From positions 15,314,001 to 15,378,000 of the forward strand of contig NC_043016.1 in NCBI RefSeq assembly GCF_006345805.1: a DNA stretch of 64,000 nt, in the 5' to 3' direction. This stretch comes from Octopus sinensis. Taxonomy: Eukaryota. The notes under the pieces were generated by a model. That model saw nothing but the letters and a program-made list of their open reading frames with translations. It was not told the origin of the DNA and did no database searches. The position numbers were made by a program, and so were the translations under genes. Shown piece by piece: positions 1 through 12,565 of the stretch (position 1 is its first letter; every line of letters begins with the position of its first letter).

Positions 1-1
1 C

Positions 2-133
2 CGCTCAATAAAACACACAGTAAATAATCCACAAGCACTCGAGCAAGCTGATTCCGCAACTTGTTCCATTTGCCAAATGGTTTGCAAAGCACCAACTGTC
101 CTCAAGAGACATATTTGTGTCCATAGAACATGA
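2..133 (+). mobile_element. 3' end of an RTE-type LINE ORF ending in a C2H2-like zinc finger
   Basis: Frame 2 reads ...QADSATCSICQMVCKAPTVLKRHICVHRT*. The same CxxC...LKRHxxxH ending is seen on the RTE relic at 15180-15250. Confidence 0.55.
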
Positions 134-385
134 TTAAAGCTTTATTTTACTGAACCCTCATTTGTCGTTCATGATGAGAGACTCCATCATATTTCACTTA
201 GGCATTGCAATACTAATAACCTGGTGTTAGAACTCAATATACATATGCTTGAGTACAAAATCTCAGTTGAATACAGAACCATTATAAGAAATTGGGTTGA
301 CAAAGGAAATAGACAATTATGCTCAGGGCTGGATTAAGGCCTATAGAGAACCCTAAGCACTTAAAAGATTTTGGGTGCCCCCATA

Positions 386-770
386 CATCATCATTTAACG
401 TCCGTTTTCCATGCTGGCATGGGTTGGACGGTTTGGAGTCTGGGAAGCCAGGAGGTTGCACCAGGCTCCAGTCTGATCTGGCAGAGTTTCTACTGCTGGA
501 TTCCCTTCCTAACACCAACCACTCCAAGAGTGTAGTGGGTACTTTTTACGTTCCACTGGCACAGGGGCCAGAAGAGGCTGGCAGTGACCACAATTAGTTG
601 GCACTTTTTACGTGCCACAGGCATGAAAGCCAGTCAAGGTGGCACTGGCATTGGCCATGTTCGGGTGGTGCTTTTTATGTGCCACCGACATAGGTATCAC
701 AACTACAATTTCCATTTGATTTTGACCTTCTAGACTCAATAGATCTCCTCAAGCATAGCATGTCACCCTA
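386..770 (-). mobile_element. RTE LINE 3'-UTR-derived repeat with (GAT)n tail (family C)
   Basis: catcatcatttaacgtccgttttccatgctggcatgggttggacgg... motif recurs many times in the window. Confidence 0.8.
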
Positions 771-1183
771 TCTTATTAAAATATAAACAATAATAAACCA
801 TAAAATAAATAAACTTTTATTTTTCAAAATGAAGCAAAATTTATATTTATATTTGAAGAGTTTTCTATTTTTTTTAATTGCAAAGTCTTTGATCACGATG
901 AACACTTCAAAATCATAATTCTGGTTATAAACCACTTTGAATATTATTTTAGCTAGTTTAATATCATTTTTATCTTTTGTGCCATAAACCATTTACCATT
1001 TCTGTGGTGCTCCTCCTGCCTTTGATACCCTAAGCATGTGCTTACTTTGTTTAATGGCTAATCCAGTGCTGATTATGCTGTGAACTTCATTAACTCACAG
1101 TTGTTTCTGCAATAAGGTGCAATGCACTCATAATTGAGTGCTTGAATATCACATTGTAGCTGCACTGAAGCTTCGTGTTTGAT

Positions 1184-1262
1184 GCTCTGATGAATCTATA
1201 CTGTGATACTCAAGCACTCAGTTATGAATGCATTGCATCTTGCAGCAGAAACGGCTGTAAGC
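1184..1262 (+). ncRNA. Type-I hammerhead ribozyme motif inside a head-to-head inverted duplication (1081-1274)
   Basis: gct-CTGATGA(1187-1193)...GAAAC-ggct-GTA-agc; stem I gct/agc; stem II poorly paired. Confidence 0.5.
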
Positions 1263-1273
1263 TAAGGAAGTTC

Positions 1274-1310
<37 letters not shown>

Positions 1311-1499
1311 TAGCATGGAAAGCAGACGTTAAACGATGATGATGATGATGATGATAGGTAACAAAGAATATGAAAGTACTCAGTAATTTGAAGGAATGTG
1401 TTTAATGTGATTTCAGCTGAAATCAACATTTGCAACTATTAACAGTTTCCAATGGAGAAACTTGCATAGCAGACATATTTATGTATATATATATATAAT

Positions 1500-1551
<52 letters not shown>

Positions 1552-1629
1552 TAACAGCTGTAAAAAATCTTGCAAATCACCTCATCAGTGTTCTGAGAAA
1601 ATACAAATGGTGTTGAAGGCTCAATGTGC

Positions 1630-2240
1630 ACATCTAGGAGGACAGCTGTGTAAAGAAGTGCCAATCTCTAACTGTGGAGGGAACTTGTAGACCCAGAAAG
1701 ATATGGGACAAGGTGGTTAAGCATGATCTTTGAACGTTGGGCCTCACAGAAGCAATGACTAGTGACTGAGACCTTTGGCAATATACTGTGCTTGAGAAGA
1801 CTTGTCAAGGTCAAGTGAAATCATAATCGTGGCCAATGCCAGTCTCATGTAACTGGCACCCATGATGGTGACATGTAAAAGGCATCTTTCGAGGTTTGGG
1901 CCTCACAGAGGAAGTGTGGCCAATGTCAGTGTTATGTAACTAGCACTAGTGCCAGTGGCACGTAGAAAGCTCCTTTCAAGCATTGGGTTTCGTGGAGGCA
2001 ATGGCAGATGACCAAGACCTTTGGCAATATGCTGTGTTTGAGAAGCCAAGTGAAATAGTTGTGACATATTGGTGTTGTGCAACTTGCATCTGTGCCAGTG
2101 GAATGATTTACATTAGGAAGGGCATCTAACCATAGAAACCATGCCAAATCAGACTGGAGTCTGGTGCAGCCCCTCAGCTTACCAGCCCTGGTCAAACCAT
2201 CCAACCCATCCCAGCATGGACAACAGACATTAAATAATGA
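1630..2240 (+). mobile_element. RTE LINE 3' fragment plus 3' UTR
   Basis: gaggacagctgtgtaaagaagtgccaatctcta (EDSCVKKCQSL) matches other copies and runs into the family C tail. Confidence 0.75.
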
Positions 2241-2573
2241 TATATTATCAACATTCAACCTCATAAGCTGCACAGTGTAATAGAAGAGAGAAAGCAACAT
2301 GCCACAACAACAAAAATAATAACACTGATAATACCAATTGCAGAGAGTTTATTTACAGCTTCAGGTTCAGGAATTTGAGTAAAAATCCTGTGGCTGGTTG
2401 ATTGTCAAGGAACAGGTAGACAGAAACAGGATAAATATAAATACGCACACACATACATATCCACACACACACATATATATATATTTTCTTTTATTCTTTC
2501 ATTTGTCTCTGTCATTTGACTATGGCCATGTGGAGCACTACCTTTAGTCAAGTAAATCGACCCCAAGACTTAT

Positions 2574-2644
2574 GGGCATATGGTTTAGTGGTTAAAAGTA
2601 CAAGCTACAAACCCCAATATTCCAAGTTCGATTCCAGGCAGTGA

Positions 2645-2685
<41 letters not shown>

Positions 2686-2870
2686 TTAATAATAACAACA
2701 ACATTGAAAAATACCTTAGGAATGAGAACCCAGGTTGGAAATTTCCCCAAAACACCTGACGAAGGCTGGAGAGTATATCAGCCAAAACGTTGTGTTAACA
2801 ACAAACAAGATGAGGACAAATATCTGTCAGTTGTAAATAATGTACATAATTCTTCATCTCTTAAATATAG
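2574..2870 (+). mobile_element. tRNA-headed SINE-like element with internal (AAT)n and a hammerhead motif in its tail
   Basis: A-box TGGTTTAGTGG (2581-2591) and B-box GTTCGATTCC (2626-2635), then (AAT)n, then aacac-CTGACGA-a-GGCTG..CAGCC-aAAACGTT-gtgtt at 2751-2796. Confidence 0.6.
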
Positions 2871-3439
2871 AACTGTACAAATGGGGAATAGCAGATCTTT
2901 AATTGATGATTACACCGTCTGCATTACCATCGATCGTTTCTATTGTGCCAGCAGATTTAGATACAGAAAGAATGTACAAAAACTACCAGTCAGTCCCAAT
3001 GTAGCTGAAAGAATCTATACCAACAGTGCTATGAAGGCAACTCAAAGCAGGTTGAATTCAATGTGAACTGAAATAATATCTATAATACACATATTATAGA
3101 AATAATATCTAATTCCTGACAGAAAACCAAAGCGAAATAGATAAGACAAGACCAAAAAGAAGAGAAGACATGAAGAAGTACAGAAAGTCGTTGAAGAGAT
3201 CACACAGTGAATGACAAAGGAACTCTGACAAATAAACTAATAATAATATTAGTGAAGATCAAATAAACAGTGTGTGTGTTTAATCTTCAAATATAACAAC
3301 CTCTGTTTCAATGCCTGACTTGAATCTTATAAAACAAATACATAAATATATATAGGTATGTATATATAGATACATACACACACACACACCCACATATATA
3401 TATATATATGTGTGTGTGTATATATGTATGTATATATCT

Positions 3440-3995
3440 CCTACCTTCCATTTCCCCTCACCTACCACTCCACCACCCTACCTCTCCAACGCACCATTCT
3501 CCGAGCCTTCCAACGACTCCAGTCCAACCCCTCCACTCCCCGCCTTCAAACGAGCCCACCACCTATGAGACCTCTTGGTCCACAGTTTCTTCCCTAACCC
3601 AACTTCCCAACCCAGCTCGTTCCCCTGCTCCTGCCCATGCTGCCGCACTTGCCCTTACTTCTCCAACGCCACCATTCTCACCGGCACCCATCATCGACTC
3701 TATCACATCACCGACTCCTTCGCCTGCACTTCTACCAATATCATCTACTGTATCTCCTGTTCTCTATGCCCTTCTCTATACATTGGGCAAACGGCATGCT
3801 GCCTGGCTGACCAGTTCGCGAAACACCTCTGAGACATCTGACATGGCAATGACACCCCAGTCTCGCACTATTTCCGCTCTACTAGTCACTCTTTGCAACA
3901 CCTGTTCGTGTTTGGATTGTCCTTGAACAGGGGCCATCTGGACTCCCATTTACGCTGTGAACAGGGATTAATCTTTGCTCCTTTGTGCCACATGG
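3440..3995 (+). mobile_element. Decayed Penelope-like element: RT linker plus GIY-YIG endonuclease
   Basis: PLTYHSTTLPLQRTILRAF..., CxCxxCRTCPY...CTSTNIIYCISCSLCPSLYIGQT...AKHL; stops and frameshifts present. Confidence 0.8.
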
Positions 3996-4869
3996 GCTCA
4001 ACTCTTCTCCCATCTTCATCTAACCTCCTCCCCTCACCTCTCTTCCCCTCACACCTACTTCTTCCCACCCACCTCTCCTCTCTTACTCCGACTCCTACTT
4101 CTTTTCACTCCTACTCTCCTTCTCTCTTCCCTTCACTCCTACCCACCTTCTTTCCCCCTTCATCGTCACCCCTCCCTTGTAAGCCCACCCACCCCTACAC
4201 ATCCCACCCCACCTTCCCTATCCCACCCCAGCCCATCCCTTACACCCACTCCCACATGCCCCACCTCTACACCCACCCTCAGCCTAACCCAACACCCCAC
4301 CCTTGCTTTCCCCACCCTTATACCGAAAAAATCCCTCATTACCTCCCTCAGCTTGGAACTCTTCTACATCACACCATAACGAATAGATGACACAACATCA
4401 GTAAAGAATTTTGAGAAATTTGAAAAGAAAATGTGAAACCGTTTATTTCTCCAAAAACAATGTCACTTTATATACAAAATTTTACATCATTTTCCAAACA
4501 TGACGATTTTAATATATTTTTTTACCCATATAATACAAATCTATAGTTTTTTCATTCTATTTTGTTTTTTATACATCCAACCATGTGGTTTCACATATCA
4601 ACTCTGTCGAGGCTTCTTTCAGTTTCCGTCTACCAAATCCACTCACAAGGCTTTGATCGGTCCAAGGCTATAGTAGAAGACACTGGCCCAAGGTGCCATG
4701 CTGTTGGTAAGCAGTAAAGCATGACACTTAAGTAAGGCATGTATAAAATGTGAATGAAATCGGTTGAGTAGTTCCCAAGTCTTAGTGATGCACACTCACA
4801 GATATTTTCAGTTTTATGTATGTGTGTGTGAGTGTATGTGTGTATAGGGATGCCCAGAGATGTAGTGGT

Positions 4870-5288
4870 ATATCTGGCAGAAACGTTAGCACGCCGGACG
4901 ACATGCTTAGCCGTATTTCATCTGCCGCTACGTTCTGAGTTCAAAATCCGCCAAGGTCGACTTTGCCTTTCATCCTTTCGGGGTCGATTAAATAAGTACC
5001 AGCTACACTCTGGGGTCGATATAATCGAGTTAATCCGTGTTTCTGTCATTGTTTGTCCTCTCTGTGTTTAGCCCCTTGTGGGTAGTAAAGAAATAGAAAT
5101 AGGTATTTTGTCTGCCGCTCCGCTCTGAGTTCACATTCCGCCGAGGTCAACTTTGCCTTTCATCCTTTCGGGGTCGATTAAATAAGTACTAGTTACGCTC
5201 TGGAGTCGATATAATCGAGTTGGTCCGTGTTTCTGTCCTTGTTTGTCCTCTCTGTGTTTAGCCCCTTGTGGGTAGTAAAGAAATAGGT
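4870..5288 (+). mobile_element. SINE family A, tandem partial dimer
   Basis: ctggcagaaacgttagcacgccgg...gagttcaaa (B-box-like)...ctttcatcctttcggggtcga...gtaaagaaatag, with the 3' part duplicated. Confidence 0.85.
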
Positions 5289-5550
5289 ATATCTGTGTGT
5301 GTGGGTGATTGTATAAGCATGAGCGCATGTGTGAGTGTATTTGCGAAATAATAAAATCTAGCATGTGCAGCCTAACATGTGAAACAAAGTAAACGTACAA
5401 CATACACAATGCTGCTCATGTTGAACATGTAGAGGCACGCTTACAGCAAACGGATTGAAACTGTTAGTGTCTGCTAGATTCAGAGGAGCTAGTTGGATAC
5501 GACAGCATCGAAATCAAACATTTGCTTATGGAGAGAGAGCGATTTTATAT

Positions 5551-5658
5551 CACCTGAGGAGATACATCTAGGTCCTATCATACAGGTAAACTGTTACTTA
5601 ATTGAAATTTAAATCCTGTATATATGTGGAGCTATGTTGTATCGAAACGTGTGTAGGG
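5551..5658 (+). ncRNA. Type-I hammerhead ribozyme motif
   Basis: CTGAGGA (5554-5560); stem II GATAC/GTATC with inner TACAGG/CCTGTA; GAAAC-gtgt-GTA; weak stem I cac/ggg. Confidence 0.65.
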
Positions 5659-6407
5659 GTCATTAAACAGCTGTCGAGTCAAGCTCCCTCTTACTTTTTA
5701 CTCTATTTATTCTTTCATTTATATATCATCATCATCATCATCATCGTTTAACGTCCGCTTTCCATGCTGGCATGGGTTGGACAATTTGACTGAGGTCTGG
5801 CAAACCAGATGGCTGCACCAGACTCATATATATATATGTGTGTGTGTGTGTGTATATGTATATCTAATATGATAAATGCAAAAACTAATTTCTGTGTCAG
5901 TGTGTCACACTTTGATCCCCCTCTGAATATTCAATGATACATCTACTGTTGATGATATTTTATTGAAATTAGTAGTGTTGATGGTGGCAGTGGGAGTAAT
6001 AATAATGAGAGAGAGAGAAAGAGTGGGTATGTGAGAGAGTGAGAGACTAAACACTGAATTAATTTTCTTAGTACCACCACCATCGCCACCACATCTGCTA
6101 TACACCCAGCAGACTTCTGACGCTACCACCATCAATACCTTTGACTTTACTGCTTTCCCCTCCACCACCATCACCACTGTCTTTCACATTGCTTACTCTC
6201 TTCGTCTTCCCGGGCCACCTCGGCTACCACCACCACCATCACCTCCACCTCTGTCACAACTACACCTCATACTATTACTATCCCCCCATTATCATCACAA
6301 AAAGGCTGAAAGATGTGTGTATGGCAGAGGTGGTGGCCATGGTGGTACTGTTGTTTATCATGCAGCTTTGCAATAAGTTCCAAGTGGCGATCTTTCGTTT
6401 TAACTTG

Positions 6408-6640
6408 ATGGTGAGCTGGCAGAAACGTTAGCACGCGGGGCGAAATGCTTAGCGGTATTTCGTCTGTCGCTACGTTCTGAGTTCAAATTCCGCCGAGGTC
6501 GACTTTGCCTTTCATCCTTTCGGGGTCGATAAATGAAGTACCAGTTACGCACTGGGGTCGATATAATCGACTTAATCCGTTTGTCTGTCCGTGTTCGTCC
6601 GCTCTGTGTTTAGCCCCTTGTGGGTAGTAAAGAAATAGGT
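6408..6640 (+). mobile_element. SINE family A, near full length
   Basis: Near-identical to the copies at 4870 and 24612. Confidence 0.88.
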
Positions 6641-6665
6641 ATGTGCACGTTACCTTACGGTGGTC

Positions 6666-6739
6666 TGATGTCAGCGTAAAGTGAAAGAAAGTGAGTTGTG
6701 TGTGTATGTGAGAGAGAGAGAGATGGTGTGTGTGTGTGT

Positions 6740-6786
<47 letters not shown>

Positions 6787-7305
6787 TGTGTGTGTTGCTG
6801 TGTGTGTGTGACGGAGAGGGAGAGTGACAGCGTACATTTCTTTTATTTATTTTCCTCGCATCTTCTTTGAGTGAGTGTGTGAGTGATCGACTGAGAGAGA
6901 GAGTGATGTCTCAGAGAGAGCAGTGTCTTGCTGTGTGTATGTGTGTTTGTGTGTGAGTGAGAAAGTGGAAGAGAGTGATAGTGTAAATTGTTTTTATTTA
7001 CTTTGTTTTTCTCGCATCTTTTACGCTATCACTCTCTCCCTTTCTCTCTCTCTCCCTCTCTCTCACACACACACAAACAAGCAGCAAGACACACTTTCTC
7101 TCTCACTGACAAGACCTCTCTCCCCCTCTCTCTCTCTCAGTAAAACACAAAAAAAATAAAAAAAGATGTGGGGGGGAAAAATAAATAAGTAAAATTTATG
7201 CTATCAGTCACTCTCTCTCACTCTCTCTCAGTCAATCACTCACACACTCACTCAAAAAAGATGTGACGAAAATTATATTTAAAAAATGTACATTGTCACT
7301 CTCGC

Positions 7306-7336
<31 letters not shown>

Positions 7337-7472
7337 GCAGCACATACTTTCTCTCTCTCCCTTTCACACATATACACACAACACCCACTTTCTGTCTCGC
7401 AACCCCCCACCAACACATACACACGTCCCTGTCCATTTCTCCCCCTCTCTTTCACTTTACGCTTACATCATC
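6666..7472. repeat. Degenerate foldback (about 800 bp) with GA/GT microsatellite arms
   Basis: tgatgtcagcgtaaagtgaaaga pairs with tctttcactttacgcttacatca; tttgagtgagtgtgtgagtgatcgactgag pairs with ctcagtcaatcactcacacactcactcaaa; centre near 7000. Confidence 0.7.
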
Positions 7473-7669
7473 AGAAGATGTACATTTCCTGCCACAAAAA
7501 TAAATTAGTAAAACTTTTTTACGGAATTTAGGGAACACTGTACCTGAACAGCTGTTCCAGTTTGGCATTTCTGTGAGTCATATCGAAGGATAGCCAAAAT
7601 ATGTAGTGTCATTGTTGGGCCCAAGGCCTAATGAAGAGCCCTCCACAGGAGCTAGTGGGTGTGTGTGTA

Positions 7670-8039
7670 TCTATATATAAAGCTGAAGTTGTCTGTGTGG
7701 CAGGTTTGGTAGCCTTCAACTAACACTATTTCTTCTGAGATTCTGCGGTGCAAGTTGACCAAAATTGAGAGTATGATAGAAGAAGGCTTGCTCTTTATTC
7801 CTTAGAAGAAAAAATTCAAATCAGACCATACTAAGACCAAAAATTATTTACATCAAAAAGATGGGGTTTTTTCTATGCAAATCTCTATTTTTTACGCTTT
7901 TTTGACTGCTGTGTCGCCAACCAGAAAAATGTTCACTTCAAGAGAATAACAAGCTACATAATGCAAAATTTTTACTTTTCAAAAATTCCAATTCTAAAGG
8001 GTCTAAACAAACGCGAGCAATGCTGGGTGATACTGCTAG
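7670..8039 (+). mobile_element. Non-autonomous Helitron-like element
   Basis: Starts A|TCTATATATAAAG and ends ...gcgagcaatgctggg..CTAG|T, i.e. TC...CTAG termini inserted between A and T. Confidence 0.6.
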
Positions 8040-8082
8040 TATATATATAAAATCAAAATAAGCAACAGAATATCAAGAAGTG

Positions 8083-8170
8083 ATGCAGTACGACCGTTTC
8101 AGACAGCTCCATTTAATTGAACATTGCAATCATTAGTTCAATTTAGATGCAGGGCTATCATCAGCTGCAC
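8083..8170 (-). ncRNA. Type-I hammerhead ribozyme motif (probable Penelope pLTR)
   Basis: Minus strand: gtgcag-CTGATGA-tagc..aattgaac..gttcaatt..gctgtct-GAAAC-ggtc-GTA-ctgcat; 6-bp stem I. Confidence 0.7.
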
Positions 8171-9749
8171 AAATAAATAGAATTTTAATCAGTTGGACAC
8201 ATTAATATATTTTTCTAAAATACTTTAACAGAACAAGAAGGTGGAAGAAATCCATGCTGTTGCTATTGTAGCTAAGAATAGACTACATTTCCGAGAAAGG
8301 CATGAAGCTTACTGGGGTCACAACTTGTAAAGGATTGTGGTTTGCATCTAATTTATTTGTCTTTTTATCAACTACTAAATCTAAGACTAGAGGACTGTGT
8401 CTGTTTGGAATGAAGGGGAAGAGTGAGCTGACAGCTCATGGCTAGGTATGGTCATAAATATTGTCAAGACATTAGAAGTAGTTAATTGAGTATAGAGTAA
8501 CTGTCTATAAAAAAGACCCTAAATCATGATAATTACTAGTTAAAGGGCAAGACGCTAATAAAACCTATGATGTTAATACAGAGGAAATTTTATCTTGGGG
8601 TACTATGGGTGATTGTTTATAAACAATATCGTTATGTTGAATAAAAATAAAATAAAATAAAATAAAATTTAAGATTAGCAAAAATGGCATCATAACCAAA
8701 ATAAGTAAAATGTGTGTATATATCAATTTTCAACATTAAAAAGGAAATATTACATAGAATTAGTTTAATATTCATTCATGTACTTATTTATTTATTAGGT
8801 TGTTTCTATAAAGACTGCTCAGGGCATTTACTTATGAAATACTGGAAAGATAAACAGCCTATCATCATCATCAATCTATATATTAATTATAAGCCAAGAA
8901 TTAGAAAAAATAAAGATGTGTATAGATACACACATATTTATCTATGTGCTCACATGCACACATACACAAATATTTATATGTTTATATGGATATGATATAA
9001 CCATCTTTCATAGACTTAAGTAACTAAAAAGTGTCTATTTACGAACAAGAAAGATAACAATTTATAAGGGATAAGAGGTTAATAGGTTATGCACATATAT
9101 GCATATATACACATACAAAAATATTTATACGTTTATATGGATATAGTATGACCATTTCGCACAGCCCTAAGTAGCTGAAAAATCTCTATTTAAGAACAGT
9201 GATAACTAATAAGGGATAAGGGGTTAATAGGTAAGGATATCAAAGTAATAAAACAAAATAAGAATTTACAGAAAAGGATAAGAAAGAGACAGGGTATTAA
9301 AATTTGAGGTAGGGAAGAGATAATGGTAACCCGAAAGGAGGAGGTAGTAAGTATGAGCAGAGTGAGGACAGTTAGAGGTATTTGGACTGTCGAGATTTTA
9401 TAAGTTGCAATGTTACAGGTACTATTACCTATATGATTATATAGTTTCTAGTGGGTATATAATTAGGAGACTTACATAAAAGCCTTTACAAATATACATA
9501 ATATGATCAATAGGGTAGAACATCATAGAAAGGAACAAATAGTTTAATCACCAAAAACACAATGAAGTCAGACTAACTAGGCTGGAGTTTTCATGGGATA
9601 GTAATTACATATAGCACATTACATGATTTTCTATTTAATACTAGAGGGTAAATTTAAAACAGATATGACACCAAAATTAATTTCTACTATCAAAGTTCAA
9701 GTATGACCACCTATAGTTGCTAATTTCGAAAATACTTAAAAGTACGGGT

Positions 9750-10122
9750 GAAGCTCTGCACACATGGTACCCTTAGGTCTAATCTATTATTAATTAGATT
9801 GATCTTATCCTTATACTTAAAAATCTCATAAGTTTCCTTAAAGCACAGCTCACACCCGTATTGACTATCTCTATAAGGCTGTGCTCTCCGTATTATATTC
9901 CATTTAAGGCTAAATTCGATCCCTCTTTCCTTCAGTTCCTAAATCATGCTAGATAAGGACATACAATTGGCTTTATGTTTGAGTTTAAAACATGAAAAAT
10001 GGTTATTGGTACATTTTTTCATATTTATCAAACATCCTATATGTATAAACTTACCAGCCTCAGTTGTGATTGTACATTTATAAATTAAATTTTGGATTAG
10101 ACATTGGCCTTTTAATGGACAG
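9750..10122 (-). mobile_element. Penelope-like GIY-YIG endonuclease relic
   Basis: Minus strand reads CPLKGQCLIQNLIYKCTITTEAGKFIHIGC...SLSSMI*ELKERGIEFSLKWNIIRRAQPYRDSQYGCELCFKET. Confidence 0.75.
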
Positions 10123-10188
10123 AGGGATTTAACTCTATAATTGCAACCAAGAGCATTACTACTATTAATATTATCGATATTCCTATCA

Positions 10189-10245
<57 letters not shown>

Positions 10246-11199
10246 TATTACTACCACTATTATTATTATTCCTACTACTACTATTGTGTGTCATCGTTAT
10301 CATCATCATCGTTAACGTCTGCTTTCCATGCTGGCATGGGTTGGATGATTTGACTGAGGACTGGCAAACCAGATGGCTGCACCAGGCTCCAGTCTTGATC
10401 TGGCAGAGTTTCTACAGTTGGATGCCCTTCCTAACGCCAACTACTTCAAGAGTGTAGTGGGTGCTTTTACATGCCACCAGTATGAGGGCCAGTCAGGCGG
10501 TACTGTTATTTTTTATACTTCCTTTAAGTCATATATATACATATACATATATATATATATATATGAATGTATTTATATGTATTTATGTGTGTGTGTGTGT
10601 ATGTTTTTTGTGTTTTACTGTCTCCTTTCTTGATGTCATGTGATAGTTGTAAATGATAATCACCATCATGCAAATGAGGTTGTTTGTTTCTAGTGCTCCG
10701 TGAGAAACATGTCTGGCTGTGGGGAAATAAAGGTTGTTAAAGGGCATCTGGCTGTAGAAAATCTGCCTCAACAAATTCTATCTGACCCATGCAAACATGG
10801 AAAAAGAACTTTACATGATGAGAAGTGAAGAAAATATGTATATACATGTGTGTACATATATACATGTGTGTGTGTGTGTGTGTGTGTGCATGCATATATG
10901 AGTATGTGTATTTATATCTATCCTGCCCATTAACCATTTGACATTCAACCAGCCACAGACTGTTTACCCTAATTTATGACCCTGCAACGGTAATTAACCT
11001 TCTGCTATTTGTATCGTCATTGTTAGCATTTTGTTAGTCTCTGTGTTCAGAGTTCAAATTCCTTTGAAGTCAACTTTGCCTTTCATCCTTTTAGGGTCAA
11101 TAAAACAAGTACCAGTTGTGCACTGGGGTCAGTATAATCAACAAGGCGCCGTTTCCCTCATAACTTCAGGCATTGTGCTTTTTGTAAAAAGGGTTATTA

Positions 11200-11460
11200 T
11201 CATTATTGATTTGACTCCGGATTGTACTTGTTCCTTGTAGAATTTATGTGGGTAGGAGGTTACTACTTGGAAACTTAGGTATCCGCAGTCTTCCGATAGT
11301 CTTTCAAGTGTTTAGAATCCTCCTGATAATCTTTCTTCTCCCTAAGAAACAAACTTTCTGTACAAGATCTACAAGACATTCTATTCCAATCTCCTTCAAC
11401 CATTTGTCTATGTCTTTGCTTACAGTTACCAATTACTTAGGCACAACCTTTACAATTATT
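11200..11460 (-). mobile_element. 3' end of an RLE-type (R4/Dong-like) LINE
   Basis: Minus strand reads KVVPK*LVTVSKDIDKWLKEIGIECLVDLVQKVCFLGRRKIIRRIL, resembling the QKxxLLGTxxILR C-terminus. Confidence 0.55.
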
Positions 11461-11629
11461 ATTATTAGATACAGATAAGGAATCGTTATGGAAGATGTTG
11501 TAAAATATAAGACATCTCAAGAGTATTGGCACGACCGGAAATAGTCATTTTATCCGGAAATTCTTACACGAGTGCATGACATATCAATTTTCTGAAAAAA
11601 TAAAAAGAACAGTGTTACACGTTTTATTA

Positions 11630-11637
11630 TTGTTATG

Positions 11638-11679
<42 letters not shown>

Positions 11680-11689
11680 ATTATTATTA

Positions 11690-11747
<58 letters not shown>

Positions 11748-11750
11748 TAG

Positions 11751-11790
<40 letters not shown>

Positions 11791-11975
11791 TAGTTTTATT
11801 TTTATAGCGTGCTTTCACTTCACTACTGAGCGCAGCTCTGTGTGCCTTGGGTATGTGCTGTGATTTGTTGTGATGCTCTGATGGTTATTGTATGGAAAGT
11901 GTTCTGCGTAGGATGTGTTGCAGTGCCTAGTAGTGCAATTTTCTGTATGTTATATGTGTTTGTAAGTCCTGGTGC

Positions 11976-12010
<35 letters not shown>

Positions 12011-12023
12011 TATTATTATCATC

Positions 12024-12068
<45 letters not shown>

Positions 12069-12105
12069 GTTATTATTATTATTATTATTGTTATTATTAT
12101 TATTG

Positions 12106-12181
<76 letters not shown>

Positions 12182-12210
12182 CATCATCATCATTATTATT
12201 ATTATTATTA

Positions 12211-12279
<69 letters not shown>

Positions 12280-12293
12280 TATTATCATCATCA

Positions 12294-12369
<76 letters not shown>

Positions 12370-12397
12370 CATCATCATTATCATTATTATTATATTA

Positions 12398-12458
<61 letters not shown>

Positions 12459-12565
12459 TATTATTATTATATATTATTATTATTTTATTATTATTATATT
12501 ATTATTATTATTATATTATCATTATCCTCATTATTATCATTACTAATTTGTTGTTGTTGTTGTTA
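11630..12565. repeat. Large (GTT)/(ATT)/(ATC) microsatellite complex
   Basis: About 570 bp of near-continuous ATT/ATC repeat at 11975-12545 plus a second tract at 11630-11787. Confidence 0.97.
11785..11975 (-). mobile_element. 3' end of an RLE-type (R4/Dong-like) LINE embedded in (TAA)n
   Basis: Minus strand reads PGLTNTYNIQKIALLGTA..., then a short UTR and a (TAA)n tail. Confidence 0.65.

Noticed and set aside
2-133. Host C2H2 zinc-finger gene exon
   Set aside because: It is a single terminal finger without TGEKP linkers and resembles the RTE C-terminus at 15180-15250.
2574-2650. tRNA gene
   Set aside because: A/B boxes are present but there is no convincing cloverleaf or acceptor stem; it is better explained as a SINE head.
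3893-4390. Pro/Ser-rich 165-aa ORF
   Set aside because: Low-complexity C-rich tail of the Penelope relic.
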